From assembly GCA_035650735.1 (NCBI GenBank), contig DASRGZ010000139.1:1-46610 (forward strand): a stretch of DNA of 46,610 nt. The letters are read 5' to 3'. This DNA is from Chthonomonadaceae bacterium. GTDB lineage: Bacteria; Armatimonadota; Chthonomonadetes; Chthonomonadales; Chthonomonadaceae. The position numbers and the translations under genes were made by a program. How positions within the stretch are numbered: position 1 is the first letter of the stretch; the number at the start of each line of letters is the position of its first letter. The notes beneath the pieces were generated by a model that worked only from the letters and a program-made list of their open reading frames with translations, was not told the DNA's origin and searched no databases. Below, one piece after another: positions 37,623 to 46,610 of this stretch.

Positions 37623-39128
37623 ATGCTCTCCATAATGCAACTCTGGACTCGCCTACCCCTCGTAACCTCGCTGCTGAAAGCCCTCAATCTCTCTAGCCGG
37701 TTTTCCTGTGGCACCTATGGGCAACCGGACGGTAGCGGCGCCGTAATCGTCAACGACATCCACTCACAGCTCAACGCAACGCGAGTGTGTGAAATCGCCT
37801 GTCCGGATTCGCTCCAGGCTTTGCGGAGCCTGCTGGAGAGGGCGCGACGCACGCAGAGAACTGTCTGTATCGCTGGAACACGCCATGCCATGGGCGCGCA
37901 GCAATTTGCTACGGATGCGTTGCTGGTGGACATGACCCGCCTGAACCGCGTGCTGCGCTTTCTGCCAGATAAGGGATTGGTGGAGGCAGAGGCGGGCATC
38001 TGCTGGCCGGACCTGGTGCAGTATCTTCTTAAAGTCCAGAAGCATAGCTGGCCGCAGTGGGGAATCGCGCAAAAGCAGACCGGGGCGGATCGGCTGACGC
38101 TGGGAGGGGCGCTGGCGGCCAATGTGCATGGGCGCGGCTTACGGATGAAGCCTCTGATCAGCGATATCGAGGCGTTTACGCTGCTGGACGCCGAGGGCAA
38201 CCTTCATGCCTGCAGCCGCCTGGAGAACCCCGAACTGTTTCGCCTAGTCATCGGCGGTTACGGGCTGTTTGGCGTTGTTTACTCCATTACGCTGCGTCTT
38301 GTTCCTCGGCAAAAGGTGCAGCGCGTCGTGCGCGTCCTCCCGCTTGAGGAGTTGATGCCGGCCTTTGAAAAGCGCATCGCGGAGGGGTTTGTCTACGGCG
38401 ACTTTCAGTATCTCACCGATGAGACCTCCGACGACTTCCTGTTCAAAGGCGTCTTCTCCTGCTATCATCCGGTGGACCCGCGCACGCCGATCCCTGAGGA
38501 GCAAAGGCAGGTATCGCGACGCGATTGGGAGCATCTGGTCTATCTAGGGCATACCGATAAGGCGCAGGCGTTTCGGCTCTACGCCGACTATTACCTGTCT
38601 ACTTCCGGCCAGGTCTACTGGTCGGATACGCATCAACTCGGCGCGTATCTGGAGAACTACCACCGCCGTGTGGATCGCCTGATGAGAGCCAGCGCCCCCG
38701 CCACCGAGATGATCAGCGAAATCTTCGTTCCCAGGCAGGCCCTATACCGCTTTATGCGGGAGGTGCGCGAGGATTTTCGCAAGCCTCAGGTGAACGTGAT
38801 CTACGGGACGATTCGGCTGATCGAGCGTGATGAGGAGAGCTTTCTGGCCTGGGCAAAGGAAGCCTATGCCTGCGTGATTTTTAATCTGCACGTGACGCAT
38901 ACGCCGCAGGGGCTGGACCATGCCGCCAGCGCCTTCCGCCGCCTGATCGACCTGGCTATTGGCTATGAGGGCAGCTACTACCTGACCTATCATAAATACG
39001 CCACCCGCGACCAGGTGCAGGCGTGCTACCCGGAGTTTGCCCGGTTTCTCCAGTTAAAGCAGCGCTACGATCCCGAGGAACGCTTCCAAAGCGACTGGTA
39101 TCGCCACTACAGGCCGCTCTTTCTGTAG
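37623..39128 (+). CDS. FAD-binding (PCMH/VAO family) oxidoreductase
   Basis: AGTRHAMGAQ, LTLGGALAANVHGRG, ELFRLVIGGYGLFGVV, KQRYDPEERF. Confidence 0.9.
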   Translation: MLSIMQLWTRLPLVTSLLKALNLSSRFSCGTYGQPDGSGAVIVNDIHSQLNATRVCEIACPDSLQALRSLLERARRTQRTVCIAGTRHAMGAQQFATDALLVDMTRLNRVLRFLPDKGLVEAEAGICWPDLVQYLLKVQKHSWPQWGIAQKQTGADRLTLGGALAANVHGRGLRMKPLISDIEAFTLLDAEGNLHACSRLENPELFRLVIGGYGLFGVVYSITLRLVPRQKVQRVVRVLPLEELMPAFEKRIAEGFVYGDFQYLTDETSDDFLFKGVFSCYHPVDPRTPIPEEQRQVSRRDWEHLVYLGHTDKAQAFRLYADYYLSTSGQVYWSDTHQLGAYLENYHRRVDRLMRASAPATEMISEIFVPRQALYRFMREVREDFRKPQVNVIYGTIRLIERDEESFLAWAKEAYACVIFNLHVTHTPQGLDHAASAFRRLIDLAIGYEGSYYLTYHKYATRDQVQACYPEFARFLQLKQRYDPEERFQSDWYRHYRPLFL

Positions 39129-39184
39129 CCTTTGCAGAGTTAGCCTCAAACCAGGCCATAATTAGAGATAATGCCTTGGCCTTA

Positions 39185-39425
39185 AAGCGGCAGGCTAAAC
39201 CCTGCCGCTGTGGAGCTCTGCTAGGGTCGGTTCCTCAACGGTTGGGAACCTCCGCCTAGCCAGGCCCGCTGCCTGCCTACGCAGGCAGAACGTCTCGCTC
39301 ACGCAGGGGGGTGACGCCTCCACCGCGTCCAGCGCGGAAGCTCCTGCCGCCAAAGAAAGTCTCGCCCACGCAGGTGGGCGACGGGCGCTTTGCGCCCCAC
39401 AGCGGCCGGGTTTAGCCTGCCGCTT
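39185..39425. repeat. REPIN/MITE-like element with 29-bp terminal inverted repeats
   Basis: AAGCGGCAGGCTAAACCC(T/G)GCCGCTGTGG on both ends (28/29 match); each arm is itself a hairpin. Confidence 0.8.
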
Positions 39426-39451
39426 GCTGCTGTCTCTCGAAAAGAGGAAAC

Positions 39452-40435
39452 ATGCGAAAATCGGTTTTATCCTTGCTCTCTGTACCCGCCCTCATGGCGG
39501 CGTGCGGCCTCACCCTGCCTGCCCTGCGGGCGACGATGGCGCCGCGCAGCATGCCTGCCGGGCCGTCCCCGCACCAGTTCGTAAGTCCCGGCGGGGCGCA
39601 TCACGAGCCGATTATGCGGCTGCTGGGGAACCTGACCGACACGCGCATCGCCGAAAGCTCCGGCCTGACGGCCAGCCGCCGAACCCCCGGCGTCCTCTGG
39701 ACTCACAACGACTCGGGGGACGGTCCCTATCTCTATGCCCTGGATCGCAAGGGCCGCACTCTGGCACGCTACACCGTGCCCAACGCGACCAACGTAGACT
39801 GGGAGGATATCGCCATCGGGCCGGGCGCGGACGGAAAGCCCGCGCTTTATATCGGCGACATCGGCGATAACAGCCACCATCGCGACGATACGGCCGTCTA
39901 TCGCATCCCGGAGCCGAAGGTGGATGCCTCCCAAACCGCTCAGGAGGCCGTCACCGCGCCCGCCGAAAAGTTGCCCTACGTCTATCCAGATGGGTACCAT
40001 GACGCCGAAACGCTGATGGTGCATCCGAAAACCGGAGAGGTCTTCCTTGTCACCAAGGAGTCCAGCGGCGTCAGCGGCGTCTATGCGTTTCTCATGCCCC
40101 TGACACCCGGCATACAAACCACGCTGCGCAGGGTCGGAACCCTCCGGTTCGCCAGCTCCTTTACCGGCACATTGGGCCTGGCCGACAGGCTGGCCACAGC
40201 CGGCGACATCGCCCCGGATGGCAGCCGGCTGGTCGTCCGCACCTACCTGCGGGCCTACGAATGGGCCATTGCTCCGGGCCAATCGGTGGCTGGCGCCCTC
40301 GCCGGCAAGCCCCGCTGGCTCATTCTGCCGTTCACCCGGCAGGGCGAGTCCATCTGCTATCGCCTGGATGGCAGGGCGTGGCTACTCACCAGCGAAGGCG
40401 CCTCCTCGCCGTTGTATGAGATCCTGTTGCCCTAG
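39452..40435 (+). CDS. Secreted beta-propeller protein (SdiA-regulated/phytase-like)
   Basis: ESSGL, WTHNDSG, DWEDIA, YIGDIGDN, DAETL, QGESI, TSEG. Confidence 0.8.
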   Translation: MRKSVLSLLSVPALMAACGLTLPALRATMAPRSMPAGPSPHQFVSPGGAHHEPIMRLLGNLTDTRIAESSGLTASRRTPGVLWTHNDSGDGPYLYALDRKGRTLARYTVPNATNVDWEDIAIGPGADGKPALYIGDIGDNSHHRDDTAVYRIPEPKVDASQTAQEAVTAPAEKLPYVYPDGYHDAETLMVHPKTGEVFLVTKESSGVSGVYAFLMPLTPGIQTTLRRVGTLRFASSFTGTLGLADRLATAGDIAPDGSRLVVRTYLRAYEWAIAPGQSVAGALAGKPRWLILPFTRQGESICYRLDGRAWLLTSEGASSPLYEILLP

Positions 40436-40629
40436 GCGAACGAACGTCTGGGCCGTCTGGCGCCGTCATAATCACCGAACTCGTTGTGGCCAAATAGACT
40501 CTGTACGCTGCTTTCTCTGCCCGGTGAACCCCACACGCCGCTTTTGCAACCAAACAAATGCAGGTGACAGAAAGTGGGACCTCTGCGCGCATCGTCGAGG
40601 AAAATGCGCGCCCCGTCGGAGAGGGGGTG

Positions 40630-40658
40630 TTGACAGAGCGTCACAAACCTGATACAAT
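40630..40658 (+). promoter_or_regulatory. sigma70 promoter upstream of pilM
   Basis: TTGACA-17 nt-TACAAT with TG preceding -10. Confidence 0.7.
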
Positions 40659-41093
40659 GCGCGGTAGAGTCGGGATTGGCGAACAGAGCGTGCCAGGACG
40701 CCGCACGCTTCCACCTGGAGGCCGCAACACCCGGTTCCGGTGTGATATTTGACCACCCAGATGACGTATAAGAATACGGACCTCTAACAAAACCTCCCGG
40801 GCGGCCATCTCCTGCGGTGCGGAATGCTCCTTGGCAGGCAAGCAGGCAGGAGTTTTGCGGCGTTCTATAGAGCCTATCCGAAGGCGTATTGGGAACTCCA
40901 GACACGTCCCGTCCAACCCCGGCACAGCCGTTGCCGCCGGAACCGGCGCGCAAGCGGCCCTCTTCCGCAGAGTGTTTTTGTTAGACGCGCACAGCGGCGC
41001 TTGCGCCGCCCTTGAGCATATTTCATTAGAAGGCTATCGAAAGGCCCTCCCGGCAGCAGGTGCCAGGGGGTGCCTATTGGGGGTAAACAGAGC

Positions 41094-42530
41094 ATGGCAG
41101 GCGGACCCACCGTTGGGCTGGACATCGGCACAAAGCAGATTAAGGCAGTCGAAGTCCGGCGCGGCAATAATGGGGTGCAGGTTACGGCAATAGGCGTCGC
41201 TCCGACGCCGCAGGAAGCCTTTGAGAATAACGTCATTGTGGACGCGCAGGCGCTCGGGCAGGCGATCAAGGAACTGCTTCGCCAATCGGGCATCTCCTCC
41301 AGGCAATGCGTCAGTTCGGTTTCCGGGCAATCGGTGGTCGTGCGCGTGATTGATGTGCCGCGCATGAGCTACGCCGAACTGGCCGAGACGATGAAGTGGG
41401 AAGTGGATCGGCAGGCCCCATTCCCGGCGGACCAGGTCATCATGGACTTCCAGCCGATTGAGCGGCCGGACATGCCGGCAGATGCGCAGAACATGGAAGT
41501 GCTGCTGGCCATTGCGCAGCAGGACATGATCGACCGGCATATAGACATGCTGTTTGCAGCCGGCCTCAAGCCGGTGGCAATTGACGTGGAACCGCTCGCG
41601 GCTGGCCGCTGCCTGCTGGAGCTGGGCAACGGCGCCAACCCGCCCGGCCACACCGTCGCTATCGTCAATCTGGGCGCCAGCAACACCGACATCGGCATCT
41701 GGCGCGATAAGCTGCTGTCCTTCCCCCGCACGCTGCCGCTGGCAGGCGACCATCTCACGCATGCCATCGCGAACGCGCTGCAGGTGGACCTGGGAACCGC
41801 CGAAGAGTACAAGCGCACGCACGGCGAGGTGCTGCTCGATCAAATGCAGGCGCCGCCCCCGCCCGATTTCGGGACCGCTGCGCCCGGCGACTTCGGTGGC
41901 TTCGTGGACTTTACCGCCCCGCCTGCCCCGACCGCCGGCCCGACGACCACGCCTTCGCGCGTGCCCTTCGATTTCACCACGGCCACGGAGGCACCCTCGC
42001 CCACTGAACCCAATCCGTTCGATGTTGGCGCGATGCCGGCTACGCCCTTCGATCAGCCTGCGGCGCCAACGGCTCAGCCTGGCGCCGACACGGGCTTTGT
42101 CATGCCGGAGTTCGGCGCCGCCCCGCCGCCTGCCAATCTGCCGGCCCCGGTGCCCTCCAGCAGCACGGGCGAGTCGGCGCTGGATACGCTGCGCACGCAG
42201 ATCTTCAATGCCATGGCGCCGGTGCTGGTCGATCTGGTGGCGGAGCTGCGCCGCTCCCTGGATTACTATCGCGGCAAGACCGGCGATGCGCCGATCCATG
42301 AGATCCTGCTCACCGGCGGAACGGCCAAGCTCAAGAACCTGGCGCCCTATCTGGAACGGGAGCTCGGTATTCCCACGCGCGTGGCGGACCCGCTGCACAC
42401 CATTCAGATTACCTCCAGGAACTTCTCGCAGGGGCATCTGGAAGAGATCGCTTCCCTGTTTCCGGTCAGTATCGGGCTGGGCGCTTATAATCTGGTGTCC
42501 GCTCCGGCTGCTGTCGGTAAGAAACGCTAA
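41094..42530 (+). CDS. pilM: Type IV pilus assembly protein PilM
   Basis: VGLDIG..IKAVE, IDVEPLA, VNLGA, ELRRSLDYY, ILLTGGTA, SIGLG. Confidence 0.93.
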   Translation: MAGGPTVGLDIGTKQIKAVEVRRGNNGVQVTAIGVAPTPQEAFENNVIVDAQALGQAIKELLRQSGISSRQCVSSVSGQSVVVRVIDVPRMSYAELAETMKWEVDRQAPFPADQVIMDFQPIERPDMPADAQNMEVLLAIAQQDMIDRHIDMLFAAGLKPVAIDVEPLAAGRCLLELGNGANPPGHTVAIVNLGASNTDIGIWRDKLLSFPRTLPLAGDHLTHAIANALQVDLGTAEEYKRTHGEVLLDQMQAPPPPDFGTAAPGDFGGFVDFTAPPAPTAGPTTTPSRVPFDFTTATEAPSPTEPNPFDVGAMPATPFDQPAAPTAQPGADTGFVMPEFGAAPPPANLPAPVPSSSTGESALDTLRTQIFNAMAPVLVDLVAELRRSLDYYRGKTGDAPIHEILLTGGTAKLKNLAPYLERELGIPTRVADPLHTIQITSRNFSQGHLEEIASLFPVSIGLGAYNLVSAPAAVGKKR

Positions 42531-42614
42531 TTCGATCACGGCGCCGGGCGGTGCGGTGTCGCCTCGCTGCCCTGCCAGCGTGATCCCACGCCCTTCCGGA
42601 GGGAGCATTCGCTG

Positions 42615-43649
42615 ATGCAACGTATCAATCTACTTCCGCCCTATATATACGATAAAAAGAAGAAGGCAACGGTCGTTGGCGTCTGGGCGGCTGCGTGCGT
42701 CCTCGTCATCATCGCTCTAGCCGCCTATGCCGGCAAGGTCTCCAGCGACCTCAGCCAGGCACAGACGGAAAAGCAGAACGCAGAGGCCCAAAAGGCGCGG
42801 TGGGACGCCGCCGAGGGCAAAATTCAAGACATTCAAAAGGCTATGGCGGACACCAAGGCGAAGCTGGACTTCATCCAGAACGCCAAAAAATGGAACGACG
42901 CCTGGCCTGAGCTCTATAGCATGATGCGCGATTGGACCAGCCCGGACATTCTGCTGACGAGCATGGCGCTGGACCCGCAGCAGCATTCGACGCTCAACCT
43001 GACCGGCTTTGCCGCGGACGAGCGCCGTATCATCCAATGGTGGATGCTGCTGGAGAACAATCCCCGCTTCAAGCAGCCCATCTTCAATATCCCGCCGCGT
43101 GGCTATACACCCGAGAATGCGCAGACTGCCGGTGGACCGACCGGCTTCGGCGGGCGCGCTCCGTACGGAGCCGGCATGGGAGGCCCGCCTCCCGGTATGA
43201 TGGGCGGCCCGCCGATGGGCATGATGAGCGGTTATGCCAGCATGAGCGGCATGGGCCGACCGGGCGGTGGTTTCTCCGGCATGGGCCGTCCGGGCGGATT
43301 CGGCGGCGTCTCTCCCGGAACCGGCAGCTCCGGCAGCGTGGGGCCGACTGAGATCGAGGGGCGGCGCGGCATCGCGTTCACGGCATCCTGTCCTCTGGCG
43401 CAGCCGTTCGCCGGCGGCATCACTCAGCCTACCTGGCCTGCCGGCGCGGGCCGCAGCGCGACCGGCGCGATGGGCTATGGCGGCATGATGGGCGGCATGG
43501 GCATGATGGGTCGCGCCGGCATGATGGGCGGCCCGCCGATGGGCATGCCCGGTGGACCCGGAGGCGGGAGCGCCATGAGCGGGGGCGGCATGTCCGGCGG
43601 CGGGGCGGCTGCGCCGCGCGGCGGCAAGGCCGGGGCTTCGGAGGAATAG
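42615..43649 (+). CDS. pilN: PilN-like protein with a Gly/Met-rich tail
   Basis: RINLLP PilM-binding motif, TM helix, coiled coil, LNLTGFA. Confidence 0.85.
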   Translation: MQRINLLPPYIYDKKKKATVVGVWAAACVLVIIALAAYAGKVSSDLSQAQTEKQNAEAQKARWDAAEGKIQDIQKAMADTKAKLDFIQNAKKWNDAWPELYSMMRDWTSPDILLTSMALDPQQHSTLNLTGFAADERRIIQWWMLLENNPRFKQPIFNIPPRGYTPENAQTAGGPTGFGGRAPYGAGMGGPPPGMMGGPPMGMMSGYASMSGMGRPGGGFSGMGRPGGFGGVSPGTGSSGSVGPTEIEGRRGIAFTASCPLAQPFAGGITQPTWPAGAGRSATGAMGYGGMMGGMGMMGRAGMMGGPPMGMPGGPGGGSAMSGGGMSGGGAAAPRGGKAGASEE

Positions 43650-43663
43650 GAGAAGACCTGACC

Positions 43664-44563
43664 ATGTTAAACCGATTGACGATGCTCCATATCAACCTGG
43701 CTGGGCTCTTCACCGCGCTGATTATCGCCGGCCTGCTCTTCCTGGCGCTTATCAAGCCCAAGCAGGAGGATCTGCAGAAGACCCGGGCCGATGCCCAGAA
43801 CATAGAGACTCAGCAGCACGGCACCGAGGCGGAAGCCTCTCAACACGAGAGGGACGTCAAGCGCGCCCAGCAGCAGCAGGTTGCGGTAGAGGCCCAGTGG
43901 CAGCAAGCTTCCGCCGAATATATGCCCCGCATCCCGTTCCAGGGCACCACGCTGGCCAGCTATCCGTTGATTGCAGATCTGCCGCGCCAGTGGGGAACGT
44001 GGCTTGCCTCCTGGTATGATGTCCAGCGCAATCAGGGCGTCTCGCGCGCTCCGGGCGTGACCTTCGCGATCCCGGGCTTCCCGGCGGATCCGAACTATAT
44101 CGCCAGCCTCAATCATATTACGTTCCCGTCGGAAACGCAGCCCTGGACGGTTACGGTAGAGGCCAAAAGCTTTGATGACCTGATGGCTCATCTGCGCCGC
44201 TTCAACACGGAGATGAAGCATCATGGCATGCCAGTGATCAATAACGTCGCGCTCTCCGGGCAGAGCCCGAATCTCGTCGGCAGCTACCAGCTCGCGCTCT
44301 ATATTATTCCGCCCACCAAGCCGCCTGCCGAGGATATCAAAATCGGCTCGCCGGGCGCCGGCAGAGCGGGAGGACCGGGCATGGGCGCCATGGGTATGAT
44401 GGGCGGCTATGGCGCGATGACGGGTCGCGCCGGTATGATGGGCGGCCCACCGATGGGCGTCTCCGGCGGACCCGGCGGTCGGGGGGGCAGCGCCATGAGC
44501 GGGGGCGGCATGTCCGGCGGCGGGGCTGCGCCGCGCGGCGGCAAGGCCGGCGCTGAGGAATAG
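43664..44563 (+). CDS. PilO-like protein with a Gly/Met-rich tail
   Basis: Position after pilN; TM helix + coiled coil; VTVEAKSFDDLMAHLRRF. Confidence 0.7.
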   Translation: MLNRLTMLHINLAGLFTALIIAGLLFLALIKPKQEDLQKTRADAQNIETQQHGTEAEASQHERDVKRAQQQQVAVEAQWQQASAEYMPRIPFQGTTLASYPLIADLPRQWGTWLASWYDVQRNQGVSRAPGVTFAIPGFPADPNYIASLNHITFPSETQPWTVTVEAKSFDDLMAHLRRFNTEMKHHGMPVINNVALSGQSPNLVGSYQLALYIIPPTKPPAEDIKIGSPGAGRAGGPGMGAMGMMGGYGAMTGRAGMMGGPPMGVSGGPGGRGGSAMSGGGMSGGGAAPRGGKAGAEE

Positions 44564-44628
44564 TATCCTAATCGCAATATCACGCGGGGAGCGCTACGCA
44601 TAGGCGCTCCCCGGGAGAATGAAACCAT

Positions 44629-45495
44629 ATGACCAAGCAACAACAATATATTCTTGCTGGGGCTGGCGTCGTGATCGTGTTGGGCGTTGCCGGGGCGCTT
44701 CTGCTGCGCAAAGGCACGCCGCCCACCGAGACTCCGCCGGCCGCCGTAACCCCGGTCGGCCAGACGCCCAAACCGGCGACGGCAACCGCCAATAAGACAG
44801 CCGCGACGAAGGCGGCGCCTGCCAAAGCCCCGAAGATGACGCCGGCGCAGGCCAAACAGGCGGCGCGCGCCAAAGCGCCGTTCCCCGGCGGCCCTGGCAA
44901 GGGCATCTTTGCCAACGCGCCGAAACCGGGCAGCCCGCTCAACCAGACTGCGCCTGCCGGGGCCAAAGTGCCGGGCGCTCCGGGAGCGACGGCGCCAGTA
45001 GTCGCCAGCATGCCGCACAAGCCGGGATTTGATCCCTTCAAGGTCAGCTGGCAGCGTCCGCTGCCGCCGCCGTACATCTTCGATGTGGTCCAGCCGCAGC
45101 GGCTGGCCAGCGCCAACGTGACCCCGCCGCCCCCGCCCAATACGGAGGTGCGTGAGGTGCCGACCCGGCGCGTCTCCGGTATCATGAGCGGCGAAGGCGT
45201 CTACGCCATTCTGGAGGGCGGCAACGGCGAGCCCGAAATCGTTAAGCCTGGCAGCGTGACCAGCGACGGCTACCGCGTCGTCGCGATCACCGCCGATTCG
45301 GTCAAGCTACAGAAGCGAGAAGGCAACGTCACCCGCACGCAGGTCGTGCAGCTCAGCGATATTCCGGCGGGCGGCCCGCAGACGGCCGCGTTCCGCCAGC
45401 CTGCCGGTCCCGGCATGATGACGCCTCCCTCCGGCTTCCCGGGCCTCCGTGGCCCTCGGGGCGGCAAGGCCGGTGGACGCGGCTTTGAGGAGTAG
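44629..45495 (+). CDS. PilP-like protein
   Basis: TM helix, Pro/Ala linker, DPF motif, VSGIM..YAILE..IVKPG..YRVVAI beta domain. Confidence 0.65.
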   Translation: MTKQQQYILAGAGVVIVLGVAGALLLRKGTPPTETPPAAVTPVGQTPKPATATANKTAATKAAPAKAPKMTPAQAKQAARAKAPFPGGPGKGIFANAPKPGSPLNQTAPAGAKVPGAPGATAPVVASMPHKPGFDPFKVSWQRPLPPPYIFDVVQPQRLASANVTPPPPPNTEVREVPTRRVSGIMSGEGVYAILEGGNGEPEIVKPGSVTSDGYRVVAITADSVKLQKREGNVTRTQVVQLSDIPAGGPQTAAFRQPAGPGMMTPPSGFPGLRGPRGGKAGGRGFEE

Positions 45496-45503
45496 GAGAT
45501 AAG

Positions 45504-45739
45504 ACCTTACCCCCTTCCCCTCTCCTTCTCAAGGAGAGGGGAGAGGAGGAGTCGGGTTCTCCCCTCCTCCCCGGCCCTTCTCCCTGCTAGGGAGAAGGGG
45601 GAACAGAAGCCGGGTCTCTCCCTTCCCTCGCAGGGTCGCAAGGTGTCGCAAGGCGGAGGGCCGAATTATTGCAGGCCCGCCCCTGGCAGTGGCCCGAACC
45701 ATTGAGCGCCGACCCTAGCAGTGGGGCCGGGGGTTAGGT
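45504..45739. repeat. Composite palindromic element
   Basis: Near-identical modules to 26352-26639; ends GGGGGTTAGGT. Confidence 0.85.
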
Positions 45740-46028
45740 TGAATGCGAGAGGGGAGAGCAGAAGTCTCCCCAAAATCTCTGCGCCCGCTCCCTGAGGGAA
45801 CCATAAGGCGGGTGGCACAATTATAGTTGCAGTGCATATAAAGTTCTTGTGCAGCGAACTGCGGTTGTTCCCGACGGGGATGAGAACGCAGTAAAACAAA
45901 CTTGCGCGCTCTGCGCTCGATTCGGCATCGTACCCACTTTCTGGACGGGTGAGGATTGTAACAAGCAAGCACTGGATGGGCGTGGCGCTCCCTCGCCCAT
46001 GTAGCCCTAACCGGAGGAGGTTAACCTG

Positions 46029-46610
46029 ATGAAAGTACGTTATGGCGGATTAAGCCTGGCGGTGCTATCCCTGACCGCGTTGGGCTTCCTGGCTGTTCCT
46101 ATCAACGCCCGCGCCCAGGATCAGACCGACCAGACGGCGCCCAGCGGCGCAATACCCAAGACCCCTGTGACGCTCAACGTCGAGAGCGCCGATCTCTACT
46201 ACACGCTCAAGCTGCTGTTCCAGCAGATCCATGCCGACTTCACCCTGGATACCTCGCTGCGCGGCACGCCGGTAACGGTCAAGCTGACCAATGTGCCCTT
46301 TGACATCGCGCTCAACGCCGTGCTGAAGGCTTCCGGCCAGCCATTGACCTATACCTACGAGAACGGCATCTTCAGCATCATCCCGCAGCGGGCCATTGAG
46401 GAGCAGCCCGCTCCCGGCACGGAAACTCCCACGCCAACGCCGGAGACCAAGCCGATCCTGGAGAAGATCTACCTGAGCACCACGAGCGTTACCGACCTCG
46501 GTGCGGCGATGGGCTTTGCGGTCATTCGCACTAGCAACAGCTTTGGCATCGGCACGGGCGGCCTGGGCGGCGGCTTCGGAGGCGGCTTCGGAGGCGGCGG
46601 CTTCGGCGCG
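46029..46610 (+). CDS. Secretin N-terminal (STN) domain protein, truncated by the window end
   Basis: GGAGGAGG RBS; signal peptide MKVRYGG..ARA; VTLNVESADL..LKLLF..VTVKLTNVPFDIALNAVLK..YTYENGIF; GGGF repeats; no stop in window. Confidence 0.8.
   Translation, partial: MKVRYGGLSLAVLSLTALGFLAVPINARAQDQTDQTAPSGAIPKTPVTLNVESADLYYTLKLLFQQIHADFTLDTSLRGTPVTVKLTNVPFDIALNAVLKASGQPLTYTYENGIFSIIPQRAIEEQPAPGTETPTPTPETKPILEKIYLSTTSVTDLGAAMGFAVIRTSNSFGIGTGGLGGGFGGGFGGGGFGA

Noticed and set aside
45813..45831. sigma54 promoter TGGCAC..TTGCA
   Set aside because: GG to GC spacing is 13 nt rather than the required 10

Overview
GC-rich bacterial chromosomal window. Gene style suggests Armatimonadota or a similar lineage (inference only). 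It holds about 37 CDS. Housekeeping and metabolic genes include thrS, cysE, an orphan 2-oxoacid dehydrogenase E2, a glutaredoxin-like protein and an archaeal-type translin. There is also a clan GH-A glycosidase, two paralogous secreted beta-propeller/phosphoesterase proteins, a HAD-GT2-GT2-O-antigen ligase/TPR-metallophosphoesterase operon, two PhyH dioxygenases, and the start of a type IV pilus pilMNOP + STN-domain locus. No rRNA, tRNA, CRISPR array or transposase was seen. The most notable signals are non-coding or sub-genic: (i) a modular palindromic repeat family bounded by ACCTAACCCCC...GGGGGTTAGGT, one composite of which sits in frame inside a glycosyltransferase; (ii) a ~190-nt structured RNA upstream of thrS with a terminator and a possible antiterminator but no T-box motif; (iii) an ORF-poor unit with an ECF-type promoter, a 10-aa CxxC micro-ORF and a terminator; (iv) a shared C-terminal PRGGKAG..EE tail on PilN, PilO and PilP; (v) an in-frame TGA followed by a hairpin in a HAF-repeat gene. 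All protein family calls come from motif recognition by eye, not from database searches.
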